Below, in pieces: positions 32,648-40,549 of a stretch of 41,494 nucleotides of DNA. The position numbers and the translations under genes were made by a program. The stretch is taken from contig JAWOHG010000224.1 in assembly GCA_046485245.1 (NCBI GenBank), positions 1 to 41,494 on the forward strand, given 5' to 3'. The notes beneath the pieces are model-generated. The model worked only from the letters and a program-made list of their open reading frames with translations, was not told where the DNA came from and did no database searches. This DNA comes from a bacterium. GTDB lineage: Bacteria; Hydrothermota; Tepidihabitantia; Tepidihabitantales; Tepidihabitantaceae. Each line of letters begins with the position of its first letter. Within the stretch, counting starts at the first letter, position 1.

Positions 32648-35353
32648 GTGGCGAACGACGCCGGAGCGAGGGCCGGCCGAGTCGAGCCGGCCGAATGGCA
32701 TGCGCTGGAACCGGGCGCGGCGCTTGCGCGGCTTGAGTCGGGACTTGAGGGCCTGACCGGGGCCGAAGCGCGCGCGCGGCTGGCGCGGTACGGGCCGAAT
32801 GCGCTGGCCGGGGAAAAACGCCAGAGCGTCGTCGGGCTCGCGCTGCACCACCTCGCCACGCCGGTGACCTACGTCCTCCTGGCCGCAATCGCGGCTTCCC
32901 TGTTCACCCGCAATTTCGTCGACGCTGCGGCCATCGCGGTGGTGGTCGTGCTCAACACCGTGCTCGGGGTCGCGTCGGAATGGCGCGCCGAGCAGGCGCT
33001 GGCCGCGCTGGAGAAGCTGGCCGCGCCGCGGGCCCGCGTGGTGCGCGACGGCAAGCCGGTCTCCATCCCTGCGGCCGAGGTCGTGCCCGGTGACTTGCTC
33101 GTGCTTGACGCCGGCGACCGGGTCGCGGCCGACGCGCGGCTGACAGCGGTCGAAGAACTGCAGGCCGACGAGTCGGCGCTGACCGGCGAGTCCGAGCCGG
33201 TGGCAAAGAGCGCCGCGGCTCTGCCTGCACGCACCGAGCTTGCCGACCGGGCCAATATGGCCTGGCTCTCGACCGTGGTCACGGGCGGCCGGGGCCGGGC
33301 CGTGGTCACCGCGACCGGGATGGAAACGGCCCTGGGCGCCATCGCGGCGCAGATGCGGCGCACGCGCCGACCGGCAACCCGGCTGCAGGTGCGCATCAAC
33401 CGGCTGGGCACGGCCCTGGGCATCGTCGCGGTCGGGCTGGGCGGCGCGCTGTTCGGAATCGGTCTGCTGCGCGGGTACCCGGCGCTGGAGATGATGCTGT
33501 TCGCGGTGGCGGCCGCGGTGTCTTCGGTGCCGGCCGGGCTGCCCGCCGCGGTGAGCGTCACACTCGCGCTGGGCGTGCGCCGGATGGCGCAACGCAATGC
33601 GATAGTGCGCCGGCTGGCCGCGGTCGAGACGCTCGGCTCGACCACCGTCATCTGCTCGGACAAGACCGGCACGCTGACCCAGAACCAGATGAGCGTTACG
33701 CGGGCCTGGGCCGGGGGCGAGGAAGCCGAGCCGCCGTTTGAGGGCGCGGGCCCGGCCCTGGCCGAGCTGCTGCTGGCCGGGGCACTGGTGAGCAACGCGA
33801 CAATCTCGGGCAGCGGGCCGGATGCCACGATTGAAGGCTCGGCGACCGAGAAGGCGATTGTCGAGGCGGCGCGTGCCGGCGGGGTCGAGGTTGCCGCGGC
33901 GCAGGCCGGGCACGAGCGGCTGGCCGAAATCCCGTTCTCCAGCAGCCGCAAGTTCATGGCCGTGCTCACGGCGATGCCGGGCGGCGGACGCCGAGTCTAT
34001 GTCAAGGGTGCGCCCGAGCGGGTGCTGGGTCGGTGCCGCCGCGTCGTGCGCCCGGACGGCTCGACCGCGGCGCTGGAAGACGAGGCGCTGTGGGAGGTGC
34101 GCGACGCGATTGAGCAGTTCGCGGCCCGCGCGCTGCGCGTGGTCGCGGCGGCGTACCGGGACCTGCCCGATGGCGCGGACCGGCTCGACGAGGACGGACT
34201 GGGCGAGGACTTCACCCTGCTCGGGCTGTGGGGGATGGTTGACCCGCCCCGGCCCGAGGCCGGACCGGCGGTGCGCGCGGCCCAGGGCGCGGGCGTGCGC
34301 GTGCTGATGGTGACCGGGGACCACGCGGCCACGGCCGAGGCCATAGGCCGGCAGGTCGGCATCGCGGGCAAGGGCAGCGCCGCGGTCATCACCGGGCACG
34401 AACTGGACGAGATGTCCGACGACGAACTGCGCGACCGGCTGCGCGGCGCCGCGGTTTTCGTCCGCGTCACCCCGGCACACAAGCTGGCCATCCTCAATGC
34501 GCTGTCGGCGCAGGGCGAGGTCGTGGCGATGACCGGCGACGGCGTGAACGACGCGCCCGCGCTCAAGGCGGCCGACATCGGCATCGCGATGGGCGCGGCC
34601 GGCACCGAGGTCGCCAAGGAAGCCGCGGACATGGTGCTGACCGACGACAACTTCGCGACCATCGTCCGCGCCATCGAAGAGGGCCGGGTGATATTCCACA
34701 ACCTGCGGCGCGTGGTCACTTACCTCATCGCGACGAACCTGGGCGAGATGCTCACCTTCGCGACCTGCATCATCGCCGGGCTGGGCAAGCCACTGACCCC
34801 GGTGATGGTGCTGTGGGTGAACCTCGTCACCGACGGCGCCTGCACGATACCGCTGGGCATCGAGCCGGGCCACGGCGACGTGCTATCAGAGCCGCCGCGC
34901 TCGCCGGCCGAGCGGCTGGTCAACGCCGCGATGGCGCGCCGCATCGGGCTGCTGGCCCTGGTGATGGCCGCGGGCGTGACCGTGCAGTTCGCGCTCGACC
35001 GCCGGGCCAGCTCGGTCGCGCACGCCCGCACCGTCGCGTTCACGACCCTGGCCGCGTTCCAGTGGTTCCAGGCCCTGACGATGCGCTCCAGCCGCACTTC
35101 CCTGTTCCGGCTCGGGCTCGCCGGCAACCGTTCGCTCCTGTTCGGCGTGCTGGCCGCGATAGCACTGCAACTGCTGGTCCTCTACACACCGGTCGGGCCG
35201 GCGGTGTTCGGCACGGTACCGCTCGGGCCGGGGGACTGGCTGCGCATCGTGGCGCTGGCCAGCTCGATACTGCTGGCCGACGAACTGCGCAAGCTCATCG
35301 GGCGCCGGCGCAGGCCGAGGTCGAAAATGGCCGGCGAGCCGGGACCGCAATAG
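32648..35353 (+). CDS. cation-transporting P-type ATPase (type II, Ca2+/Mg2+-like)
   Basis: WHAL...GLTGAEARARLARYGPN, TGES, ICSDKTGTLTQNQM, MVTGDHAATA, TGDGVNDAPALKAADIGIAMG, 10 TM segments. Confidence 0.95.
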   Translation: MANDAGARAGRVEPAEWHALEPGAALARLESGLEGLTGAEARARLARYGPNALAGEKRQSVVGLALHHLATPVTYVLLAAIAASLFTRNFVDAAAIAVVVVLNTVLGVASEWRAEQALAALEKLAAPRARVVRDGKPVSIPAAEVVPGDLLVLDAGDRVAADARLTAVEELQADESALTGESEPVAKSAAALPARTELADRANMAWLSTVVTGGRGRAVVTATGMETALGAIAAQMRRTRRPATRLQVRINRLGTALGIVAVGLGGALFGIGLLRGYPALEMMLFAVAAAVSSVPAGLPAAVSVTLALGVRRMAQRNAIVRRLAAVETLGSTTVICSDKTGTLTQNQMSVTRAWAGGEEAEPPFEGAGPALAELLLAGALVSNATISGSGPDATIEGSATEKAIVEAARAGGVEVAAAQAGHERLAEIPFSSSRKFMAVLTAMPGGGRRVYVKGAPERVLGRCRRVVRPDGSTAALEDEALWEVRDAIEQFAARALRVVAAAYRDLPDGADRLDEDGLGEDFTLLGLWGMVDPPRPEAGPAVRAAQGAGVRVLMVTGDHAATAEAIGRQVGIAGKGSAAVITGHELDEMSDDELRDRLRGAAVFVRVTPAHKLAILNALSAQGEVVAMTGDGVNDAPALKAADIGIAMGAAGTEVAKEAADMVLTDDNFATIVRAIEEGRVIFHNLRRVVTYLIATNLGEMLTFATCIIAGLGKPLTPVMVLWVNLVTDGACTIPLGIEPGHGDVLSEPPRSPAERLVNAAMARRIGLLALVMAAGVTVQFALDRRASSVAHARTVAFTTLAAFQWFQALTMRSSRTSLFRLGLAGNRSLLFGVLAAIALQLLVLYTPVGPAVFGTVPLGPGDWLRIVALASSILLADELRKLIGRRRRPRSKMAGEPGPQ

Positions 35354-35383
35354 CCGGCGAAGGGCGCCGGCGGGGAGGGTTCA

Positions 35384-36331
35384 TTGGCCGAAGAAGTGAC
35401 CATCAGGCAATATGTGCCCGGGCCGGACGACGAGACCTGGGTCAGCATCTACAACCGGGCGCGGGCAGCGGCGCCCGAGTTCGTCCCGGACACAATTGAG
35501 GAGCTCAAGCGCGAGCGGCAGCGCCCGCGGTACACGCTCGACGGGCGATTCGTCGCCGAACTCGACGGCGTGCCGGTCGGCAGGGTAAGGGCGGCATTTG
35601 ACCCGGACGAAGGGCTCAAGGTCGGGTTCATCGATGGGCCGGAGGTGTTGCCCGAGGCCCGGCGGCGCGGCATCGGGACGGCGCTGCTGGAGCGGGCGCT
35701 TGAGAACCTGCGCGAGCGCGGGGCGACGCGGGCCGAAGGCGGCGCGGGCGACTGGAACACCGGGGCGCAGGCGTTTCTGCGCCGGCACGGGTTCGAACCG
35801 GCGCACACCTACACGCGGATGGAACGCGACCTCGTGCCGGTCGCCGGCGTCGGCGAGAACCAGGATGTCGAGGTCGTGCCGGTCGTTGAGGATGACGCGG
35901 GCATCGACACGCTCTACCGACTCATGAGCTCGGCGTACGCCGAGTACCACAACTTCGCGATGGGAACGCTTGAGGAGTTCGCCTGGTTCGTGCGCCACCA
36001 GCGGGACGGCGGGACACACATCGAGCGGTACTTCGCCCTGGACCGGGGCCGGCCGGTCGGCTACGTCGTCGTCGCGGTCGACCACGCCGAGAATGCACAA
36101 CTGGACAGGAAACGGGGCGAGGTCTACACCATCGGCGTGCTCAAAGAGGACCGGTGCCGAGGCATCGCCAAACGCCTGCTGGCTCACACCGTCGAGCGCC
36201 TGCGCGCGCTGGGGATGGAGTCGGTGCTGCTGAGCGTGGACGACCAGAACGTCACCGCCGCGCGGCGGGTGTACGAGCGGGTTGGGTTCCGGCTGGTCCG
36301 GCGCTACACGTCGTTCGAGCTGGTGCTGTAG
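35384..36331 (+). CDS. tandem-GNAT N-acetyltransferase (MshD-like architecture)
   Basis: Two acetyl-CoA motif A copies (RRRGIGTALLERAL and RCRGIAKRLLAH). TTG start with GGGAGG 4-5 nt upstream; an alternative GTG lies at 35396. Confidence 0.85.
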   Translation: MAEEVTIRQYVPGPDDETWVSIYNRARAAAPEFVPDTIEELKRERQRPRYTLDGRFVAELDGVPVGRVRAAFDPDEGLKVGFIDGPEVLPEARRRGIGTALLERALENLRERGATRAEGGAGDWNTGAQAFLRRHGFEPAHTYTRMERDLVPVAGVGENQDVEVVPVVEDDAGIDTLYRLMSSAYAEYHNFAMGTLEEFAWFVRHQRDGGTHIERYFALDRGRPVGYVVVAVDHAENAQLDRKRGEVYTIGVLKEDRCRGIAKRLLAHTVERLRALGMESVLLSVDDQNVTAARRVYERVGFRLVRRYTSFELVL

Positions 36332-36346
36332 CCCGGCCGCGGGCGC

Positions 36347-36386
36347 GGGACATGACCCAAATGCCCGGCATTTGGGATCGTGTCCC
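36347..36386. terminator. bidirectional hairpin between convergent GNAT and VOC genes
   Basis: 9-bp stem cccaaatgc/gcatttggg (36356-64/36368-76) extended by gggaca/tgtccc (36347-52/36381-86). Confidence 0.55.
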
Positions 36387-36403
36387 AAGCCCTCCAAACC
36401 CGG

Positions 36404-36751
36404 CTAGCGCTTCGACCACAGAGCGACGCTGGTGCAGCCGCCCGGGTCCTTGAATGCGGCCCAGTAGCCCCAGTTGTTGCCGATTTCGGTCTTGGGCTTG
36501 ACCACCTTGCCGCCCAGTTTCACGACCCTCTTCAGCGTCGCGGGGATGTCCTTGACCTCGATGTACACCATCACGCCCTTGCCCGGCGCGCGCTTGACCT
36601 TCTGGATGCCGCCGCCGAGCCCGCCCTTGGCCTCAAACATCATGTAGCCTTCGCTCGAGGGTTCCATCTTCCAGCCGAAGAGCTTCGCGTAGAACGCGCT
36701 GGAGCGCGCGACGTCGGTTGACGGTATCTCCCAGTAGCAAAGCGTGTGCAT
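36404..36751 (-). CDS. VOC family (glyoxalase/bleomycin-resistance fold) protein
   Basis: YWEIPSTDVARSSAFYAKLFGWKME... is a typical VOC N-terminus. ATG 36751 has AAAGGAA upstream and is preferred over the track start at 36811. Confidence 0.85.
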   Translation of the reverse strand: MHTLCYWEIPSTDVARSSAFYAKLFGWKMEPSSEGYMMFEAKGGLGGGIQKVKRAPGKGVMVYIEVKDIPATLKRVVKLGGKVVKPKTEIGNNWGYWAAFKDPGGCTSVALWSKR

Positions 36752-36915
36752 CGTGGTTCCTTTCGGTTGCGGGCGATTGCCGACCGCGACATTGTCGGGC
36801 CGGGTCTGCACCGGTCAAGCCGCGGCCCGTCCGCCCTTCCCGCGCCGGGGCGTGCACGCAGGCACCGAGGGTCCGCACCCATGGTGCCTTTGTGACTTGA
36901 TGGTTGGCCCCTGGC

Positions 36916-37036
36916 CTAGACTGACTTCGGGTTGGGAATCACGCAGATGAATCGGAACGGCACGTCGCCGCCGTTCTCGAAACCGTGCTGCTCGCCCGGC
37001 TCCACGTAGACGAAGTCCCCTACCCCGACCGCGTGC
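36916..37036 (-). pseudogene. orphan 3' fragment of the cupin gene (duplicate of the 3' end of 37943-38287)
   Basis: 110/112 nt identical to 37949-38060. It would encode ...GDFVYVEPGEQHGFENGGDVPFRFICVIPNPK plus SV-stop, with no 5' half and no start. Confidence 0.8.
36925..37036. repeat. 112-bp direct repeat, copy A
   Basis: cttcgggttgggaatcacgcagatgaatcgg...gaccgcgtgc. Two mismatches to copy B. Confidence 0.9.
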
Positions 37037-37050
37037 GCGGCCAGTGTTCT

Positions 37051-37827
37051 CTAGCGGGCAGGGCGCGAAATCCTGCCGCGGCGCGACGCTTCCACAAACC
37101 CAAGTTTGGCAGCAATGCGCCTGGAAGCGAGGTTGCTCGTGTCGGCCGACCAGACCGGCGTGCGACCTCCCTTGACCACCTCTCGGGCAACCAGTGATGC
37201 GGCGCCCGTGGCGAACCCCCGGTTCGTCCATCCGTCTTCCGTGCCGACTGTGATTTCGGCGAATCGCGCTGTCCAGCAGTCGGTGTAGGCCGCCGATACC
37301 GTCTGCCCATCGACAACAGCGCATGAGATGACCCCGTTGAGCAGGATATTCTCGAGCACTTCCCGCGTGTAGCCCCATTCCATGACCCACGCGAGCGCAT
37401 CGAACTCGTGCTTGTCGATTAGCCGAACGCGGGGGTCGGCGTACTCCGCCAGAGGGCCGTCGGGCAGGTAGACGATTTCGTCCTCAACGGCCAGTTCTTC
37501 GCCGAGGGCGCGGGCGACGTGCTGACTGACTGCCGCAGCATGGCAAGGAGGGACGAACGTGTTCTGCCATCCGGGGACGTGCAGCAGCAGCCGCGCAAGT
37601 GCCTCTGCGTCCCGGCCGAATCCCATGGCCAGAGTCGGCAGAATTCTGGGCTGAACGACCGCAGCATCGAATGCCGCCGGGTCGCCAATTGTCCAAGCGT
37701 CGTAGAATCCGTATGTCAGGCCATGCACTGCGGCAACGCTCTCCGGCGTATCGCCCAGCGCATCGGCCAGTATCTGCCGCTCGGCTGGGTCGATTACCTG
37801 GGAGGGCAGTTGAAGGTGCCATGCCAT
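37051..37827 (-). CDS. GNAT-like acetyltransferase (FR47-like C-terminal domain), lower GC than neighbours
   Basis: C-terminal NRGFATGAASLVAREVVKGGRTPVWSADTSNLASRRIAAKLGFVE resembles GNAT motif A/B. AGGA sits 6 nt upstream of the ATG. Codon usage is visibly less G/C biased. Confidence 0.65.
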   Translation of the reverse strand: MAWHLQLPSQVIDPAERQILADALGDTPESVAAVHGLTYGFYDAWTIGDPAAFDAAVVQPRILPTLAMGFGRDAEALARLLLHVPGWQNTFVPPCHAAAVSQHVARALGEELAVEDEIVYLPDGPLAEYADPRVRLIDKHEFDALAWVMEWGYTREVLENILLNGVISCAVVDGQTVSAAYTDCWTARFAEITVGTEDGWTNRGFATGAASLVAREVVKGGRTPVWSADTSNLASRRIAAKLGFVEASRRGRISRPAR

Positions 37828-37942
37828 GGTTCATCCTGTCTCCACAGGCTCGGCCTATCAAACCAGTAACAGGGCGCTGGCCTTACCAACACAAACCCTG
37901 CGGTCTCCGGCCTCCTGAGGTCCGTGGCGTTGAGCCCGCGAC

Positions 37943-38287
37943 TTAGGCCTTCGGGTTGGGAATCACGCAGATGAATCGGAACGGCACGTCGCCGCCGTTC
38001 TCGAAACCGTGCTGCTCGCCCGGCTCCACGTAGACGAAGTCGCCCACCCCGACCGCGTGCTCTCCGCCATCGTAAAGCGCCTTGCCCCGGCCCTCGATGA
38101 CGAATATCTCGTGCTCGTACGGGTGGCTGTGCAGGGGAATGATGTTGCCGCGGTCGAGCAACTCGATGACTCGCATCGTGAAAAGCGGTGCGCCGTCTTT
38201 GGCCGTGATTATCCAGCGAATCCAGGCCTGCGCGCCCGGCATCGCCGCCTTCTCGGGCGCCACGTCGGTGTAGTGTCCGGTCTTCAT
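37943..38287 (-). CDS. cupin domain protein
   Basis: Cupin motif 1 LHSHPYEHEIFVIEGRG and motif 2 GDFVYVEPGEQHGFEN. GGGAGG SD. Confidence 0.9.
   Translation of the reverse strand: MKTGHYTDVAPEKAAMPGAQAWIRWIITAKDGAPLFTMRVIELLDRGNIIPLHSHPYEHEIFVIEGRGKALYDGGEHAVGVGDFVYVEPGEQHGFENGGDVPFRFICVIPNPKA
37949..38060. repeat. 112-bp direct repeat, copy B (inside the intact cupin gene)
   Basis: Same sequence as 36925-37036 except at two positions. Copy spacing is 1024 bp. Confidence 0.9.
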
Positions 38288-38327
38288 CGTACCTCCCTGA
38301 CCCGCGCCGCGGGTCGGTCTATCCGCC

Positions 38328-39026
38328 TCAGCCCATCGGCGGCCGGCTGAACTCGCCCAGCAGGTGCCGCCGGATCTCGTCGGGCGCGAAAGCGCCGCCG
38401 TGCGTTGAGACTACGAGCCGCGCTCCGCAATCCAGCACCATCCTCAGGCTGCGCCGTGACTCGGGTTTGTCCTGGGCGAAGAACGCTATCGCCGGCGTCC
38501 CGAATACCATCAGGTTGCGCATCACCAGGTCCCCGACGAGCGCCTCGCCCGAGGGCAGCAGCACCGATAGCGACCCGGCCGTGTGCCCGGGCGTCGCGAC
38601 AACCCGCGCCTCGACCCCGTAGGCGGCAAGGTCGAGTTCGGCATCGACCGGCACCTCGGCGTCCACCGCCATCTCCGGGTCGGGGCCGCGCCACGGGATC
38701 AGTCTCACCAGCACTCTGCCCAAGGCCGTCTCGACCTTTGTCGGCGGATTCGCGCCGCTCGCGAGGTAAGGCGCGTCGGCTCGGCCGACCGCGACCGGCG
38801 CGCCGGTCGCCTCCTTCAGGAACCGCAGCCCGCCGAAGTGGTCGAAGTGCGAGTGGGTCAGGACAATGAGCGATACGTCCTCTGGCGCCACGCCGAACCG
38901 TCCAAGCGCCGCAAGTACCTTTGGTCCGTCTCCCGGGTTACCCGCGTCGACCAATACGGTCCGCTCGCCCTTGATGGCGAAGACGCGGGTTATGCCCAGC
39001 GCGATATGGTGCAGGCTTTGAGCCAT
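38328..39026 (-). CDS. MBL-fold metallo-hydrolase
   Basis: VLTHSHFDHFGG (HxHxDH), ATPGHTAGS, STHGG. Confidence 0.9.
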   Translation of the reverse strand: MAQSLHHIALGITRVFAIKGERTVLVDAGNPGDGPKVLAALGRFGVAPEDVSLIVLTHSHFDHFGGLRFLKEATGAPVAVGRADAPYLASGANPPTKVETALGRVLVRLIPWRGPDPEMAVDAEVPVDAELDLAAYGVEARVVATPGHTAGSLSVLLPSGEALVGDLVMRNLMVFGTPAIAFFAQDKPESRRSLRMVLDCGARLVVSTHGGAFAPDEIRRHLLGEFSRPPMG

Positions 39027-39032
39027 CAGTAC

Positions 39033-39060
39033 ATTCTTGCGGCCGGCTGCGTCCTGTCAA
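39033..39060 (-). promoter_or_regulatory. sigma70-like promoter abutting the MBL hydrolase start (leaderless candidate)
   Basis: Minus strand reads TTGACA-16 nt-AAGAAT-gtactg-ATG(39026). Confidence 0.5.
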
Positions 39061-39101
39061 CCCGGCACCTTTCCGTTCGGGGGATGGTCTAACAGACGTC
39101 G

Positions 39102-39683
39102 ATGAGGATACTGTTGCTGCTGCTGTCTGCCTCTGCTGCTGTGTTGGGCGGTTGCGGCGCCGGTACTCCGGCTCGGTCAGCCGGTGCCGCAACCGCGCTG
39201 AAAGGAGACTCGATGAATCAGAAGGCCACCTTTGCTGCCGGCTGTTTCTGGGGTGTTGAGGCGAAGTTCCGCGCCATCAAAGGTGTTGTCGACGCGGCGG
39301 TCGGCTACACCGGGGGCTCGACCGACAACCCGACCTACAAGCAGGTCTGCACTGACGAGACCGGCCACGCCGAGGCCGTGCTGTTAGAGTTCGACCCGGC
39401 GGTGGTCAGCTACGACGCGTTGCTCGACGCGTTCTGGAAGATGCACGACCCGACCCAACTCAACCGCCAGGGTCCTGACCTTGGCAGCCAGTACCGCTCG
39501 GCTATCTTCTACCACACGCCCGAGCAGCAGGCCGCGGCCATCGCCTCGAAGGCGGCCCTGGAAAAGTCGGGCCTGATGCGCCGGCCAATCGCCACCGAGA
39601 TTGTCCCGGCCCAGACGTTCTGGCGCGCCGAGGAATACCACCAGCGCTACCACGAGAAGCACGGCGGCGCCTGCGGCTACTGA
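39102..39683 (+). CDS. msrA: peptide-methionine (S)-S-oxide reductase MsrA with signal peptide/lipobox
   Basis: [20 protein letters not shown]...[23 protein letters not shown]. The N-terminus [19 protein letters not shown] is a lipoprotein signal. Confidence 0.9.
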   Translation: MRILLLLLSASAAVLGGCGAGTPARSAGAATALKGDSMNQKATFAAGCFWGVEAKFRAIKGVVDAAVGYTGGSTDNPTYKQVCTDETGHAEAVLLEFDPAVVSYDALLDAFWKMHDPTQLNRQGPDLGSQYRSAIFYHTPEQQAAAIASKAALEKSGLMRRPIATEIVPAQTFWRAEEYHQRYHEKHGGACGY

Positions 39684-39715
39684 AGCGCGTACCCGACCCA
39701 ACTGCGCCTCCCGTT

Positions 39716-39738
39716 CCCTCTCCCTTGACGGGAGAGGG
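39716..39738 (+). repeat. CCCTCTCCC-loop-GGGAGAGGG hairpin element downstream of msrA
   Basis: 9-bp perfect stem with loop ttgac, followed by tcagggtgagggtgggg. It belongs to a widely seen intergenic repeat type and may act as a terminator. Confidence 0.5.
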
Positions 39739-39816
39739 TCAGGGTGAGGGTGGGGCAAATCGTCATACGCCAGCCGTCACTCGACGATTGCTACATCGTG
39801 TCCCAAGCCGCCCGTC

Positions 39817-39899
39817 TGTCATCCTGAGGCAAAGCCGAAGGAACTCGCGCTTCACCGTCTCGCATCGCACCAGACCCTTCACGTTGTTCAGGGTGACAG
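39817..39899 (+). repeat. 83-nt REP/MITE-like element, copy 1
   Basis: Termini tgtcatcctga...tcagggtgaca are inverted repeats (10 bp with one G-U), with inner gaagg/ccttc pairing. Confidence 0.85.
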
Positions 39900-39936
39900 A
39901 CTGGAATGCTGACCGGTGGAAGTAGGCTTCTTTCCT

Positions 39937-40019
39937 TGTCATCCTGAGGCGAAGCCGAAGGAACTCGCGCGTCACCGACTCACATCGCACCAGACCCTTC
40001 ACTCTGTTCAAGGTGACAG
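39937..40019 (+). repeat. 83-nt REP/MITE-like element, copy 2
   Basis: About 90% identical to copy 1 (about 8 mismatches). Same orientation, 120-nt period. Confidence 0.85.
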
Positions 40020-40453
40020 CCGCAGTCAGGCACGCGTGACGCGCAGGGGTCGAAGCGATGGTCGGGTTGGCGAAGGCCCAAGCAGACTGCCAAGCGGATT
40101 GCCGAGCAATCTGTCGAGCGACCCCTTGAACCGCCCAACAAGCGGCCGGTCGCGTGGGTCTGAGAGCGGCCGCGCTGGCGGGGTACGAAGCGGCCGGACA
40201 CGGGACCTCGGCGGCGGAACGCAGAATGGCGGGAGAAACAGCGGCGAAAACAGCGAGACAAGCGTATCGAGAAGCGACGACGCAAGCGGCGGGTGAGATG
40301 GTTTCGGGTTGGGCTTCTCAGAGGGCTTGGGTGAGGGCCCTGCAAACAACCTTCCAGACCGCCTAGGGAGCGGGGGAGTCAACTTCCGCTTGGGCCGGCG
40401 CTGCCTCGCAACGGCCCGATTATGAAGCGCTTATCCAACCAGCCCGTCTGACT

Positions 40454-40479
40454 GCCACTATAACCTTGGTTATAGTGGC
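40454..40479. promoter_or_regulatory. AT-rich perfect inverted repeat, candidate operator
   Basis: gccactataa-ccttgg-ttatagtggc (10-bp arms), 35 nt upstream of the -35 box at 40515. Confidence 0.45.
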
Positions 40480-40514
40480 TCCTCCAGGGGAAACTCGGGA
40501 AACCCGGAGGCGAC

Positions 40515-40542
40515 TTGACAGGCTGGGCGGTCAGCCTACACT
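40515..40542 (+). promoter_or_regulatory. sigma70-like promoter abutting the start of the last gene (leaderless candidate)
   Basis: Exact TTGACA-16 nt-TACACT-cgaacgg-ATG(40550). Confidence 0.5.
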
Positions 40543-40549
40543 CGAACGG

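Noticed and set aside
30860-34873. 1337-aa minus-strand ORF, the longest in the track after the two protease genes
   Set aside because: It lies antisense to two well-supported plus-strand genes: the metallophosphoesterase and the P-type ATPase, which has DKTGT and TGDGVNDAP motifs. Its product is R/A/G/P/H-rich low-complexity sequence with no motifs. This is a typical high-GC shadow ORF.
39817-40019. Possible CRISPR array (two similar repeats with a spacer)
   Set aside because: There are only two copies. The units are 83 nt with a 37-nt gap, the copies are only about 90% identical, each unit is itself a long hairpin, and no cas genes are present. It fits a REP/MITE-like repeat better.
40154-40366. 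70-aa Ala-rich ORF on the plus strand (and the overlapping 39916-40296 ORF)
   Set aside because: It has a GTG start with no SD, only moderate codon bias and no motifs, and it sits among repeat elements. It cannot be excluded as a small helical protein, but it is not supportable from sequence alone.
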